Of a DNA stretch of 63,911 nucleotides, positions 13,749 to 25,339 are shown one piece after another. The DNA lies in the NCBI GenBank assembly GCA_051294375.1, contig CM119268.1:12250445-12314355 (forward strand), in the 5' to 3' direction. The translations under genes were made by a program, and so were the position numbers. The notes under the pieces were generated by a model. The model was not told the origin of the DNA and did no database searches. It saw nothing but the letters and a program-made list of their open reading frames with translations. Numbering within the stretch: the stretch's first letter is position 1; each line of letters opens with the position of its first letter. The DNA comes from Paraspadella gotoi. Lineage: Eukaryota > Animalia > Chaetognatha.

Positions 13749-13954
13749 GTTTCCATTCCTTTAATGGTTTTGTCGCATTGCCTCCGGAATCGCCGCCCGC
13801 GACGCGAACGACGACGAGCACGATGTTAGTGATGATAGCGAAGAAGACATCGGTGATAGAATCGGTGATATCGACGAAGGCAGCGATGGAAATGTCCTTG
13901 ATAATGTTGATGTCAGTGATTTCGTTGAAGATCACGATGACATTTACGCGATAG
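13749..13954 (+). CDS. Candidate terminal coding exon of an unidentified gene (Pro/Thr/Ser-rich linker plus hydrophobic tail)
   Basis: Pyrimidine tract plus CAG acceptor (ttttgccttctctctgcccag, ending 13748). The frame reads FHSFNGFVALPPESPPATRTTTSTMLVMIAKKTSVIESVISTKAAMEMSLIMLMSVISLKITMTFTR-stop and has strong 3-nt periodicity. No homology recognised, no upstream exon found, and an alternative frame is also open. Confidence 0.3.
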
Positions 13955-14474
13955 TACGACGATTGTCGGCTGGCAATTTACCATTAAATTCATCACCAAG
14001 CAAAAGGCGCAATCTTTGCCATCCTTGGAAACGCCTTAAAAAGAGCCAAACGAGACAAACCACAACCCCATCACGACGATAACAACAATAACAACAACAA
14101 CGACGACGACGAGAATGACGAAACCAAAAGCGGCGACGAAATGAGGAATCGAAAGACGAGAGAAACAAAAATAGCCGAGATAAGGACATCGTTTGGCGAA
14201 AGAAAAAACGGGATATGGCGCTCTCCTCTTTTCTTTTTCTTTCTTTCTTTTTTTCTTTTCTTTGGCCCGTCACATTCTTATCCTCCTGTCTCTCTTTTTT
14301 TTCTGTCTTCCGTCAATTTTTTTTTCTCATTCCGTCGATTTTTTCTTTTCTTCTTTTTCTCATTTTTTTTTTCATGGATTTTTTCTTTCAATTTGGTTTT
14401 TTTGCTTCGATTCTACAATTGTCTTTTTTTTTTTATTTCTTTATTTCAATCTTACAATAACGTTGTCTGCAACC

Positions 14475-14561
14475 GATGATGATGACGTCGACGCTGATGA
14501 CGACGATGATGACGATGATGACGATGATGACGATGATGACGATGATGACGATGACGACGAC
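14475..14561 (+). repeat. (GAT/GAC)n trinucleotide repeat with 9-bp higher-order unit GACGATGAT
   Basis: gacgatgat repeated in tandem. Confidence 0.95.
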
Positions 14562-14687
14562 CGCTGCGAAATAAAGCAGAGTTATACGTCAACTGTAATG
14601 ACGACTTGAAATCGGCTCAGACTCAGCACCCGTTTTTATGACATGTTTATTCACGGCATTTCTCTTCCTTTTGCACTGTTCTCTCTC

Positions 14688-14758
<71 letters not shown>

Positions 14759-14783
14759 CTCTTTCTCTCTCTCTCTCTTCCAT

Positions 14784-14840
<57 letters not shown>

Positions 14841-16516
14841 CTCTCTGTTCCACGCAAGTCGCATACCATGCGTGAATGTTTTCCCCTTTTTGAGTGACAC
14901 AAAAAAAGACGGAACAAAGACGATTACCGTAGAACTGCAGATGGTCAGGGACGCAGAAAATTAAATCAATGAAATTTAATTATATTATATTTGATTATAT
15001 TATAAGATTATTTGATTATATTATATTGCAGATTTCAGATAACATACAAAAAATAGAAAGCTCAACGAATTAACAAGCTTATACCTCTCCGAATTTTTCT
15101 CCCGTAAGGTGGATGTTTTGATCTCTAATACAATATTTCTTTCCCTTTATGCCCATGTCAGATAAAGCAGTTGTTTTTTTAGTATATTTAAAAAAACCGA
15201 TACCGTTTTAAAAAAAATCCATCCGTTTGACAACAAAACGAAAATAAAAAGTTTTTTTTAAAAATTTGATGAAATCTCGACAGAAACGAAAGTCGATGGT
15301 CGAAATGCAAATTGAATCAAACGCTCAACCCGTCGTTGTTGAGATTTACGAGCGAACTTTAAAAACATTAACATTTAAATCGGCTTTTTTAATTATTTTA
15401 TTTTTTTTATTTAAGGCGTGGGCGCGAAGCGATTGCGAATACGTGCACCTTTAAAAAAAAATCGCGGCAGATATACCGACAGATGCAGACAGGTGGATAT
15501 AGAGACGAAACAGGTGCCAATTGAAGCAATGACGAAGCAAAAGACGAATCGCCCATCCGCAAATTAATCGTAAGAGCTTTTGTATTAAAACATCTCCGTC
15601 CACCTCTTTTTTTTTTCCCTACCATCCTTCTTTCTTTCCTTTCCATCCTATTCCATTTTCCTAATCTTTTCTTTTCTCCCTTCCTCCCTTCCGTCTCGTC
15701 GCGGCCAAAAAACCTCGTATATAAATGAATAATTAATGGCAAAAAAAAAAAAATTTAAAAATTCCGCCTTTTCCGTTTTATTTCTCATTTTATTTTTATC
15801 GTTTTATTTTTCGGTTGTCGTTCGGAGGATTCAACGTCACAGATTATTACTGCCGACGTCTTCTGTTTTGGCACAATTTTTTTTTTCTTCCGTTGGTTTT
15901 TTATGTTGTTTTCTGCCTTTTCTATCGACTGTCTTGCACGCCCTCNNNNNNNNNNNNNNNNNNNNNNNNNNNNNNNNNNNNNNNNNNNNNNNNNNNNNNN
16001 NNNNNNNNNNNNNNNNNNNNNNNNNNNNNNNNNNNNNNNNNNNNNNNNNNNNNNNNNNNNNNNNNNNNNNNNNNNNNNNNNNNNNNNNNNNNNTCTCTCT
16101 CTTTCTCTCGGCTCTCTGCCATTTTATTGAAAAAGAGCGAAAAAGTCAATAAAAATATCCGGAAAGAAATAAAAATTCAGGAGAAAAGTCGAGCGCTGGT
16201 GACATCCGATGTTACGGCGTCGATATCTGCGTCGCTGGGAAGAGCAGATGACGATTGCGCCGACACGAAGCAGAATATTTTCCGACGCGAAGCCAAATCA
16301 GCACCGGCACGCCGCCAATGGGAACTGAATCGTCGACAATTGGCGGAAGCGCTGAATACAGAATATAATGAAATATATATTATATAATATAATATAATAT
16401 ATAATATATATATATAATATAATGGCCCAGTAGTGTCATGAACATTTGAGTCAATGACTAACATCTGTTTATTTAGATGGAAAATAAAATTCCTCAATCT
16501 TGGGACAGCGTCGATA

Positions 16517-16893
16517 CTGGGATTGTGGTCTCAGGGCAGAGTCACTTTAGGTGCTCACTGCTGGGATTATGGTCTCAGGGCAGAGTCACTTGAGGTGCTC
16601 ACTGCTGGGATTGTGGTCTCAGGGCAGAGTCACTTTAGGTGCTCNNNNNNNNNNNNNNNNNNNNNNNNNNNNNNNNNNNNNNNNNNNNNNNNNNNNNNNN
16701 NNNNNNNNNNNNNNNNNNNNNNNNNNNNNNNNNNNNNNNNNNNNNNNNNNNNNNNNNNNNNNNNNNNNNNNNNNNNNNNNNNNNNNNNNNNNNNNNNNNN
16801 NNNNNNNNNNNNNNNNNNNNNNNNNNNNNNNNNNNNNNNNNNNNNNNNNNNNNTTATGGTCTCAGGGCAGAGTCACTTTAGGTGCTCACTGCT
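16517..16893 (+). repeat. 44-bp minisatellite spanning an N gap
   Basis: Unit ctgggatt(g/a)tggtctcagggcagagtcactt(t/g)aggtgctcactg starts at 16517, 16561 and 16605 and resumes after the gap at 16854. Confidence 0.95.
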
Positions 16894-16944
16894 CAGCCAA
16901 AATCGATGACGACGCGAGGCAAAGTCAATTTCGTCGAGGCGTAA

Positions 16945-17048
16945 AGTCAGTGCCGGCGTAGGGCCCCGTCAATGTCATCGCCGGGACGAGTCAATGCCGG
17001 CGCAGGGCCGAATGTATGCCGGCGTAGGGCCGAATCTATGCCGACGCC
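16945..17048 (+). repeat. Short GC-rich tandem repeat of about 22 bp
   Basis: tgccggcg(t/c)agggcc(gaat.ta) recurs about 3-4 times. Confidence 0.75.
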
Positions 17049-17409
17049 ATTTATGATGTTTGGATTCAGATTCTATTCGTTTTAACGTCGACCACCAGAG
17101 GCCGAATGAGAGGGAGGAGGGAGAAGAAGGGAAGGAGAGAAGAGAGGAATGGAGGAATGGAGGAAAATGAGCAGCGGGAATGAGAGGAAATGGACGAAAA
17201 TGGAAATAGAAAATGGAAGTAGAATCCTCGGTTACAATAATATCAGAAATGATTGATGAAAAAATTGGAAGTGAAAATGGAGAAAAAAGCGTCTAAAATG
17301 AAATGAAAGAAGTAGCGATTCACTAAGGGAAAGATAAGGCAGTTGTGCGATTTCCGGTATATACGCAATATCTAGCAAATTTTGAAACCAAAAAAAGCAT
17401 ATGAAAAGA

Positions 17410-17454
<45 letters not shown>

Positions 17455-17987
17455 AGACAGACAAAGACGGTATTTTTGTTGTGATGTGACGAGAAAGGGA
17501 GAGTGAAGGTCAAATCAAAGCGGAAAAAGACAGGAGGCTCGTCGTCTGGCGCGAAAAGAGGAGGGGTCACGATCCAACAGGGTGACAGATTTGAAGAGGC
17601 AGCTTCGGAGTGACAGCTCTCGGGTTTTCAGCTTCCGAGTTGGCAGCTTCCGGGGTGGTATATTAGGTGTGATAGATTAGGGAGTGAATATTAGAAGTGA
17701 TAGCGTTGGATAGCGATAGATTCGATGATGAACCGGAACCCGAAGCTTGATATCAAAGTCATGACAATAAATGATTTAAATGTCGGAAAGAACAAAGACG
17801 ATTACTGATGTCCATGAAGAGAGAAAAACGTTTGTAACAGCGCGGTGAGACGTGAGAATGAAAAGAAAAAAGAGTTGTGTGAGTTATAAAAGTGAGAAGT
17901 GGGGGAAAACGAGAAAATTTTATTGGTCGACGATCTCCATCCATCCGCTGATTTGAGGAAACTGAAGGCCCTTTGGAGCACTAGAAA

Positions 17988-18022
<35 letters not shown>

Positions 18023-18437
18023 NNNNNNNNNNNNNNNNNNNNNNNNNNNNNNNNNNNNNNNNNNNNNNNNNNNNNNNNNNNNNNNNNNNNNNNNNNNNNN
18101 NNNNNNNNNNNNNNNNNNNNNNNNNNNNNNNNNNNNNNNNNNNNNNNNNNNNNNNNNNNNNNNNNNNNNNNNNNNNNNNNNNNNNNNNNNNNNNNNNNNN
18201 NNNNNNNNNNNNNNNNNNNCCTCTCTATCTCAGTTAACCCGTTCCCCTTCAACGCCAACCGAATTCCGGTTTCGACCGCTGCTGCCCTTTTTCCCCCAAA
18301 CTTACCTTTGCCCTTTTTTCACTCGACTTCCTCGCTCCCAGGTAAGGCACCTTTTAGGATCGAGGGTCGACCAGACCNNNNNNNNNNNNNNNNNNNNNNN
18401 NNTTGAACCCCATCGACTTTCGAAAAGACGTCCAATT

Positions 18438-18469
<32 letters not shown>

Positions 18470-18488
<19 letters not shown>

Positions 18489-18969
18489 ACGTCTTGTTTT
18501 GGAATCGCTGGTTCCGGTTTTTTCTTGTAAGGCACTTTTTTTTCCCGACTTATTCGAGACGGTCGGCGTCGTTGTCGTCGTCGTTTTCGTGTCGTCGTTA
18601 TCGTCGTCGTTGCAGTCCTCCACATTAATGGTTGTACCGATTAGTGGGCGGAATTGCCGGCCCGCGGAGAACCTTTGGGTCCTGAAAATCCGACGCGGGC
18701 GAAAGAGCCGGATGAAGATGCGGGAGGACGGGGGAGCGAATGCAAAACGGGAAGGGAGCTTATCAGCGGTCAGAGAGCCGACGTAAAAGAAGATAGAAAA
18801 TGATGGAGATAAGGATAAAAAAGAAAGAAGAAGAAAGAAAGAAACTTTCTCTCTCTCTCACGTCTTGTTTTGGAATCCTGGTTCCGGTTTTTCTTGTGAA
18901 GGCACTCGACTTATTCGAGACGGTCGGCGTCGTTGTCGTCGTCGTTTTCGTTGTCGTCGTTATCGTCGT
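18470..18969 (+). repeat. Local direct duplication of about 130 bp (about 18475-18610 and 18848-18969)
   Basis: ctctctcacgtcttgttttggaatc(g)ctggttccggttttt...cgacttattcgagacggtcggcgtcgttgtcgtcgtcgttttcgt occurs twice, between N gaps. Confidence 0.9.
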
Positions 18970-21900
18970 NNNNNNNNNNNNNNNNNNNNNNNNNNNNNNN
19001 NNNNNNNNNNNNNNNNNNNNNNNNNNNNNNNNNNNNNNNNNNNNAATCCTTTTAAAGTCCATTAGAAAGAATCGCGCCGTGATGCTCAGCGAAGACTTTT
19101 TGAGTTTATAGGCTTTGAACTGAAACTCACCTTAACGATGAAAATTCTAAGCCGAGAGAGAGAGAGAGAGAGANNNNNNNNNNNNNNNNNNNNNNNNNCC
19201 CTAGGAGCCAACTTTTTTAATTTTTTGTCCACATCCCTCGCGAAGGTCCCATCTTTGTTGTGATTATTATGCTCAGGTTTAGCCTACCCTAGAACCCAAT
19301 CAATTTTTCCTACATACCGAGTCTCCTCTCTCTCTCTCATCTCTCTCTTGTCCTTTAAATTCGTGTGATAAAACTCTACTCTCACTCTCTCTATACGTTG
19401 GTTACGTTCTCTTTCTTACTTACTCTACTACTATCTTTCTTTCTTTCGCTCTCATCTCTCCTCTCCATCCTTCTCTCTCTCTCATTCGGTATTAATGTCC
19501 GTTATTTTTGCTATGCACTGAGGAAATCACAGTGCTCTCTCCTTCTCTTGCCCATACTGGACTACGTACTTCTGCTACCATCCAAATTTCTTCTTTTCTT
19601 ATTAAATGATTTTTTATTTTTGTTGCCTCACCTTTCCCATTTCGAAAAAATCACGAGGCTCTTCGTTCTCAAGCCTCTCTATTGAATAATTGCTAAACTC
19701 TCTAAAATAAGAAATAATATCATGAATTTTCTCCTTACAATAATTTCAACACCAGATAGTATCTTAAAAATACGCCAAGTCACGCCAATTAATGAGAGCC
19801 GCTCGAGCGCTGTTTTCTTTCTGCTCGTTGACCGTATATATTTCTTACCTCTGTCGCCTCTTTGCTCCCTTTCATTACTACCACTCTCTCTCCTCCCTGC
19901 AGTCATTTTGATCTCTCTCCCTATTCCGACTTTTTGTACCCTCTTTTTTTCTTCATTCAATCTTGATCCGGAGCTGTCCTCTCTCTGTCTACAGCTGCCG
20001 CATCTCTGTTTCAGCTGTCGCATCCTCTTTCTTCTTCTTGCTCTCCGTTGCACGCTGCACTACTCCAGTTTCACGCTTGTGTTGTTCCGGTCAAGGCGTG
20101 ACGTGAGAAGTCCTCGTCTGGCGAAATGGAGGCGGGCATCGCCTTTCCGCCGACCAGCACCTTAACCTCCACCGCACCGCCGTCCATGCGACTTGTGCTT
20201 TTCACCCGCGAGTTGTGAGAGCTGTGGGAAGGTGTGCAGAGCAAGCGGCACACTTGAGTCGAACGTGCGAATGTACCCGGAGACTCTTCGGACCCTCGGC
20301 TGTGAAGGGTTCTTCCCGTGAAGTAATAATGACGAATATTTTAGTTTGGGGTCTATAATTTGCAAGGGAGTCCGATGGGTCCTGCAATCGATGTCTACCT
20401 CCAACGCATCCCGTTTACGTATTTGTAAACACTTTCTACCATCTCTATTAACGACTATCTATATTATTCTTCTAAATATCTCTCTTATCATAATTCTATT
20501 ATTAATTCTCTATCATTATAATATACTCTCTTACTTATCATCATATTCATATATTTAATAAGTATTGTTTTAATCAAATAATTAGAATTCTCAAAGATAA
20601 TTTATCTTATGTCATTATAGTAATTTATAAAATGGTGACATACTAAACCTCATTCGATGGCCATGTTGGGAAAACACACGGTTAGACTATTTGTAAAACG
20701 ATCACTATATGAGCCAGAAGAATTAGAAACCATGTTTGCTGTATGTACAAATTAAAATGAGGCTTTAGTTGCTTTTAAAAAAGCCTTTTTTGCCCTGAAC
20801 CGACGGTAAACGACGAAGCTGCAGACATTACATCAATCACATTCACCAAAGAATTTCATGCTTTTTAACATAATATGAAAATAAGTGCTCATGTTCGTAA
20901 CTTGCAAGAACTATTAGCTAACTAGTACCGTAGTGTGGATCATCTACTTGGTACAAGTATAGTGTAAGCTGTTGCTCAGAATATCGATTCGTCCTTTTTT
21001 GTACAACGCTGTTGAGCTATTTTTAGGTTTAGATGCGGAATCCAAACCACAAAGTAACTGTCGCCGTGAATAATAGACGGCTGCCGCGTCGCGATTTTTT
21101 CGCAGGTAATTACGTATGAAATTAAATTGTATAGTCATGAACTGTCAGTAATTCCATCTCTCTTTCCAAAACCACTTATTTGAATTGGTTATAATATTAC
21201 AGCTCGATGGTTGGAGCGTTGATAAGCAAGAATCGAGGGCGGGAAAAATGAATATCAGATCTTGGCCCGGTTTCCCACGAAAATAGGAATTAAGTAGTGA
21301 TGAAGGAAGCTCCAAATTTTGTCAGTCGAGAGAGAGAGAGAGATGAGAGAATATAACCCTTTTTTTTTTCTCTTTTTTGGGAGAGAGAGAGGAGAGAGGA
21401 GAGACGAGAGAGAGATGTGGGAGATACCGATTTGAGAGAGAAGAGAGATGGAGAGGCGGGGACGGACATGCCAGTGGCAGAAGGGAGACACCTGTTGGAG
21501 GTCCTTGTATGAAGAGAAGAGGAAGTCGTTCCTGGTATATGTCAGACATGGAACGAAAAGCTTTAGCAGGGAAGTCGGTTTTAAAAAACACGCGGGGGTG
21601 CGCGGAAAGGAAAGAAGGGAGCCGGCGGAAAAATTGGTTCATTGGTTTGTGCGGACAGTGAGGGAGTGAGAGACGCAGGAAGTGAGAGGATTGTGTCACA
21701 CTTCGAATTCTCTTTAAATCTCCGTTTCACCTAAAAAGAAAAATCGTTAAATAAATGAAAAGTGTGAATATGTTGCTGCTAGAGGACGACCCAAATCTCA
21801 GAGCTGATGGAACAAAAAAAAAGAGAAGAAAACTCCTGCGGACTGTGAGAAAGAGGAATTGGAAAAAGAGTGCAAAAGGTGGTTCGAAGGGAAAACGTGA

Positions 21901-23109
21901 TTTTCTCGGAAAATGTGATTTTTTTTTTACCTGAAACACTCAATTGACTTTCTGATTGTAAAAAATACAATAAAAATAAAATAATCATTCAAGATTTGTC
22001 AAGCTTAAGCGTCGACCCAGACACTGCGATTGCCTATGAAACGAAAGACCCGGTTATGATGTAGGGGTGGTTACTGAAAATACAATATAGTATATGTCAT
22101 AATATACGTATTAAACATACATACATATACATATTATACATATACGATTATATATTTATGTGAAAGTGTTTTCTTGCAGAAAAGGACGCTTGTAAGTAAC
22201 TTTAAGTGAACAAGTAGAAAAGAAAGACACAAAAAAATATAGCAGCAACTGAATTCTTTCTTCTCAAATACAAGCTGCGAGAGTAAAAAGTTAAGATAAA
22301 TCGGAGAAGCAAGACACGGGAATCCGACGAACTCGCAGAAGCATTTCACCGTCATTATAACACCACATCAGTACGAAAAAAAAAAAAAATTAAGTTAGGT
22401 TTTGTACCGCTCATGTTGTGATATATTCGCAAGCGTATAGGAATTTTTAGTCAAGGAGGGTGCACGGCGCTAAACCAGACATAACAAATCTTTCAGGATA
22501 TTTCGTTTCAAACAATAAGAAGTATATTATTGCAAGAGTAGAAGCGAAATTATATATCTGTCATTTAGAAGAGGCTACAAACTCATGTAGAAATAGATTG
22601 TCCTAGTATTACTTTGGATATAATTTTTGTGTAAGATAATTATTAGAAAGTAAACATATGTCAAGAATTCAGCCGTAAAGAACATTTGAGATAGTTTTTG
22701 ATTATGTGAATGATTTATAAAAGTGGAGAACCGAGAAGGTTAGATCAAACAAAAAAGTAATCAACCTAGATCTTCGAGAAAGAATATAAGAATACCGGGA
22801 GAAATTCCAGAAAATAGCAATTGTACGACAGACGACCGCGACGCCACCCAACAGCTTTATGGGCCTTATTATGACAGGTCAGACCTTTTAGAAAGAAGTT
22901 AAAACGGCTGGAGAGAAAGAAGAGATGGGAAGAGAAGAGAGAGAGAAGAAGGAAGAGAAGAAAAGACCATATTGTAAAGACCGTTATAAAAAATACCAAA
23001 AATTGAAGGAAAGAATGGAAAAAGACTGTTAGGTCATGTGTAATTTGCGGTTCAAATTAGAAAAGAAGATGTTTCACATTTGAGATTTTCAGAGCGAAAA
23101 ATCGACGTT

Positions 23110-23250
23110 TAGATTAAAGTCCGAATTAGAAGGGAATCGCCGCCGGATAGGAATGGCTCAGCGGAGAAGACTTTTTGAGTTTACAGGCTTGAGTGTAGAG
23201 AAACTGAAACTCACCTTAACGATGAAAAATTCAAGCAGAGAAGAGAGAGA
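23110..23250 (+). repeat. Insertion-rich direct copy of 19050-19170
   Basis: Shared gaagactttttgagttta(t/c)aggctt and aactgaaactcaccttaacgatgaaaa blocks, with extra bases between them. Confidence 0.85.
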
Positions 23251-23997
23251 GGAGAGAGGAGAGACACGAGACCGAGACGCGACGACGAGACGAGAGACGA
23301 ACGACGGAAAGACGAGACGTTAGAGAGAGAGAAAGAAAGAACCGAGAAGTGGTTAAGGATCGCAGACGAAGCGGGAGAAAAAAAGGAGAGAGAAAGAATT
23401 GTTGGGTGTGAGGGATGGAAGGTCCGATTTGAGAGAGATCGAGCAGTAGAGTGTTTAGTCGTGGCACGGAGTAGACGAGGGACCCAGAGTTTGCTATCTT
23501 CCCTGCGAAGTCGACAAGTTCCGAACGTGGCGGACGTCGACGACGACGACGACGACGACGACGACTACGCTCAAGTCAAAGTCGAAAGAAAAGTTTTGAT
23601 TTATGGATTTCGGCCACGAGGCGAAAACCGGCGGGTGAGATGGCACAGTGAGGCGATGATGGGATGGCGAGAGAGCGATCGTGGGAGATGGTAAAACTTG
23701 AGACGGCGCTGCGATGAGTAAGTGAACGCACTATGAGGGGAAGTGTGAAATCGTGTGAGAGAAAAAGACGTAGAATCGAAGATGAAGATGTGAAGATGTG
23801 AAGATGTGAAGATTGTTGAGTGAATGGGACTAATAGAAACGAGGTCCTTAAAATGTTTTCTTTTGCAAAATTTGAAGGCATAATACTAAATCGATAACAA
23901 TTGCATTGTAGTTTCCCTGCTCATCTTTTCTCGTGGCTTAGAAAATATTTCGTAATTTCCAATTAAAATTTATGAATAGTCCTACCCTCCCTGTGTC

Positions 23998-24032
<35 letters not shown>

Positions 24033-24057
24033 NNNNNNNNNNNNNNNNNNNNNNNNN

Positions 24058-24113
<56 letters not shown>

Positions 24114-25339
24114 ATCTCTCTTTGCCTCCCACTCTCTCCGACTCTTCCTTCGCGAGAACTGTCACGTCTGGTTGCTCTCTCTTTCGATCATGATTCCTCT
24201 CTTTTGTGGAAATCTCCTCAAAAACTTATCCTTTCTGTCCGCTTCAGAGAGTAAAGTTAGAACGTAAAATAGCGTTTTTATTTTGCCTGACCACTAGAGA
24301 GAATATATCGAGTTCTATAATCAAACATAAAGCTCGTTATGAAAATTAAATTTATAATCATTTTATTAATCGTCTGATGATTGTGTTTGGAAGCATGCGG
24401 GGATCTTCTTATGCAAAACTGGTTACTCCTTTCAATTTCAATTTTATGACGCTTGTTTCTCCGTATTCTCTCGATGACTTTATAAACTGTCATATTCTAA
24501 CTTTATTTCATCATAAAATGTTATTATTTTTCGCATAATTATTTTTTACAGATCATTCGTAATTTTCGTCAATGCAAGTCTAAATATTCCGGTATTGTAA
24601 TAGGTTATTTTTATCTGCTTCGACTTGGGGACAGTTTTTCATATAATTCTCTATGTATCTATTATCTCCTTGTATTCTAAGTAAGCTTTTTGCGGATTGC
24701 ACACATATTTGCATTTGCATTAAAAAAAATTAAATTGCCAAATCTTTTTCTAATCCGATAAAAATTTTAAATGTAAATCTCATTAATGATTTCACATCTA
24801 CTCCCTACCCATTAGTCTCTCTCTTCTCGCTCTCTACTTATACTAAACCCGTTTCCCTCTATAACTTCCCGGGTGGTAAGAGCTCGCCTCATTATTGCTT
24901 GATACCATAAATGTAACTTCTCTTCAAATTATTTTAGATGTCAAAAAAAAAAGGCAATCCTGGAATTCTTTCATTTAAGAGGAACCCGTCCGTGCACCCG
25001 AACTCAAAATTTTACCTAATCTACTCTCATGCGCGATCCAATTAATTCTATACTGAAATTGCGTGCGTTTGTACCGTCGCTGGGCACGAGATGTCCGGTC
25101 CTGCTTCTCTGCCGATTAATTAGCAGCGAGGGATTTGGTTTTTTTAAAAAGGCCGGGCCGTAAATACGTGTCACCTTTTCCTCTCTTCTCTAATCAGTTT
25201 GGCAATCGTAATTGGGGAATTTTAATAACCATAGGTAATACAGGTAAATATCAAACTGTCAACGAGAGTTAAAATTTTCTTTTTCTCCGCGCCCGTGCTT
25301 TTCCTCCAACGTCACAGTTGTTTTTCTACAAAATAGACC

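Noticed and set aside
16517-16893. CRISPR-like appearance of the 44-bp repeat
   Set aside because: Units are head-to-tail with no unique spacers, there are no cas genes, and the context is eukaryotic.
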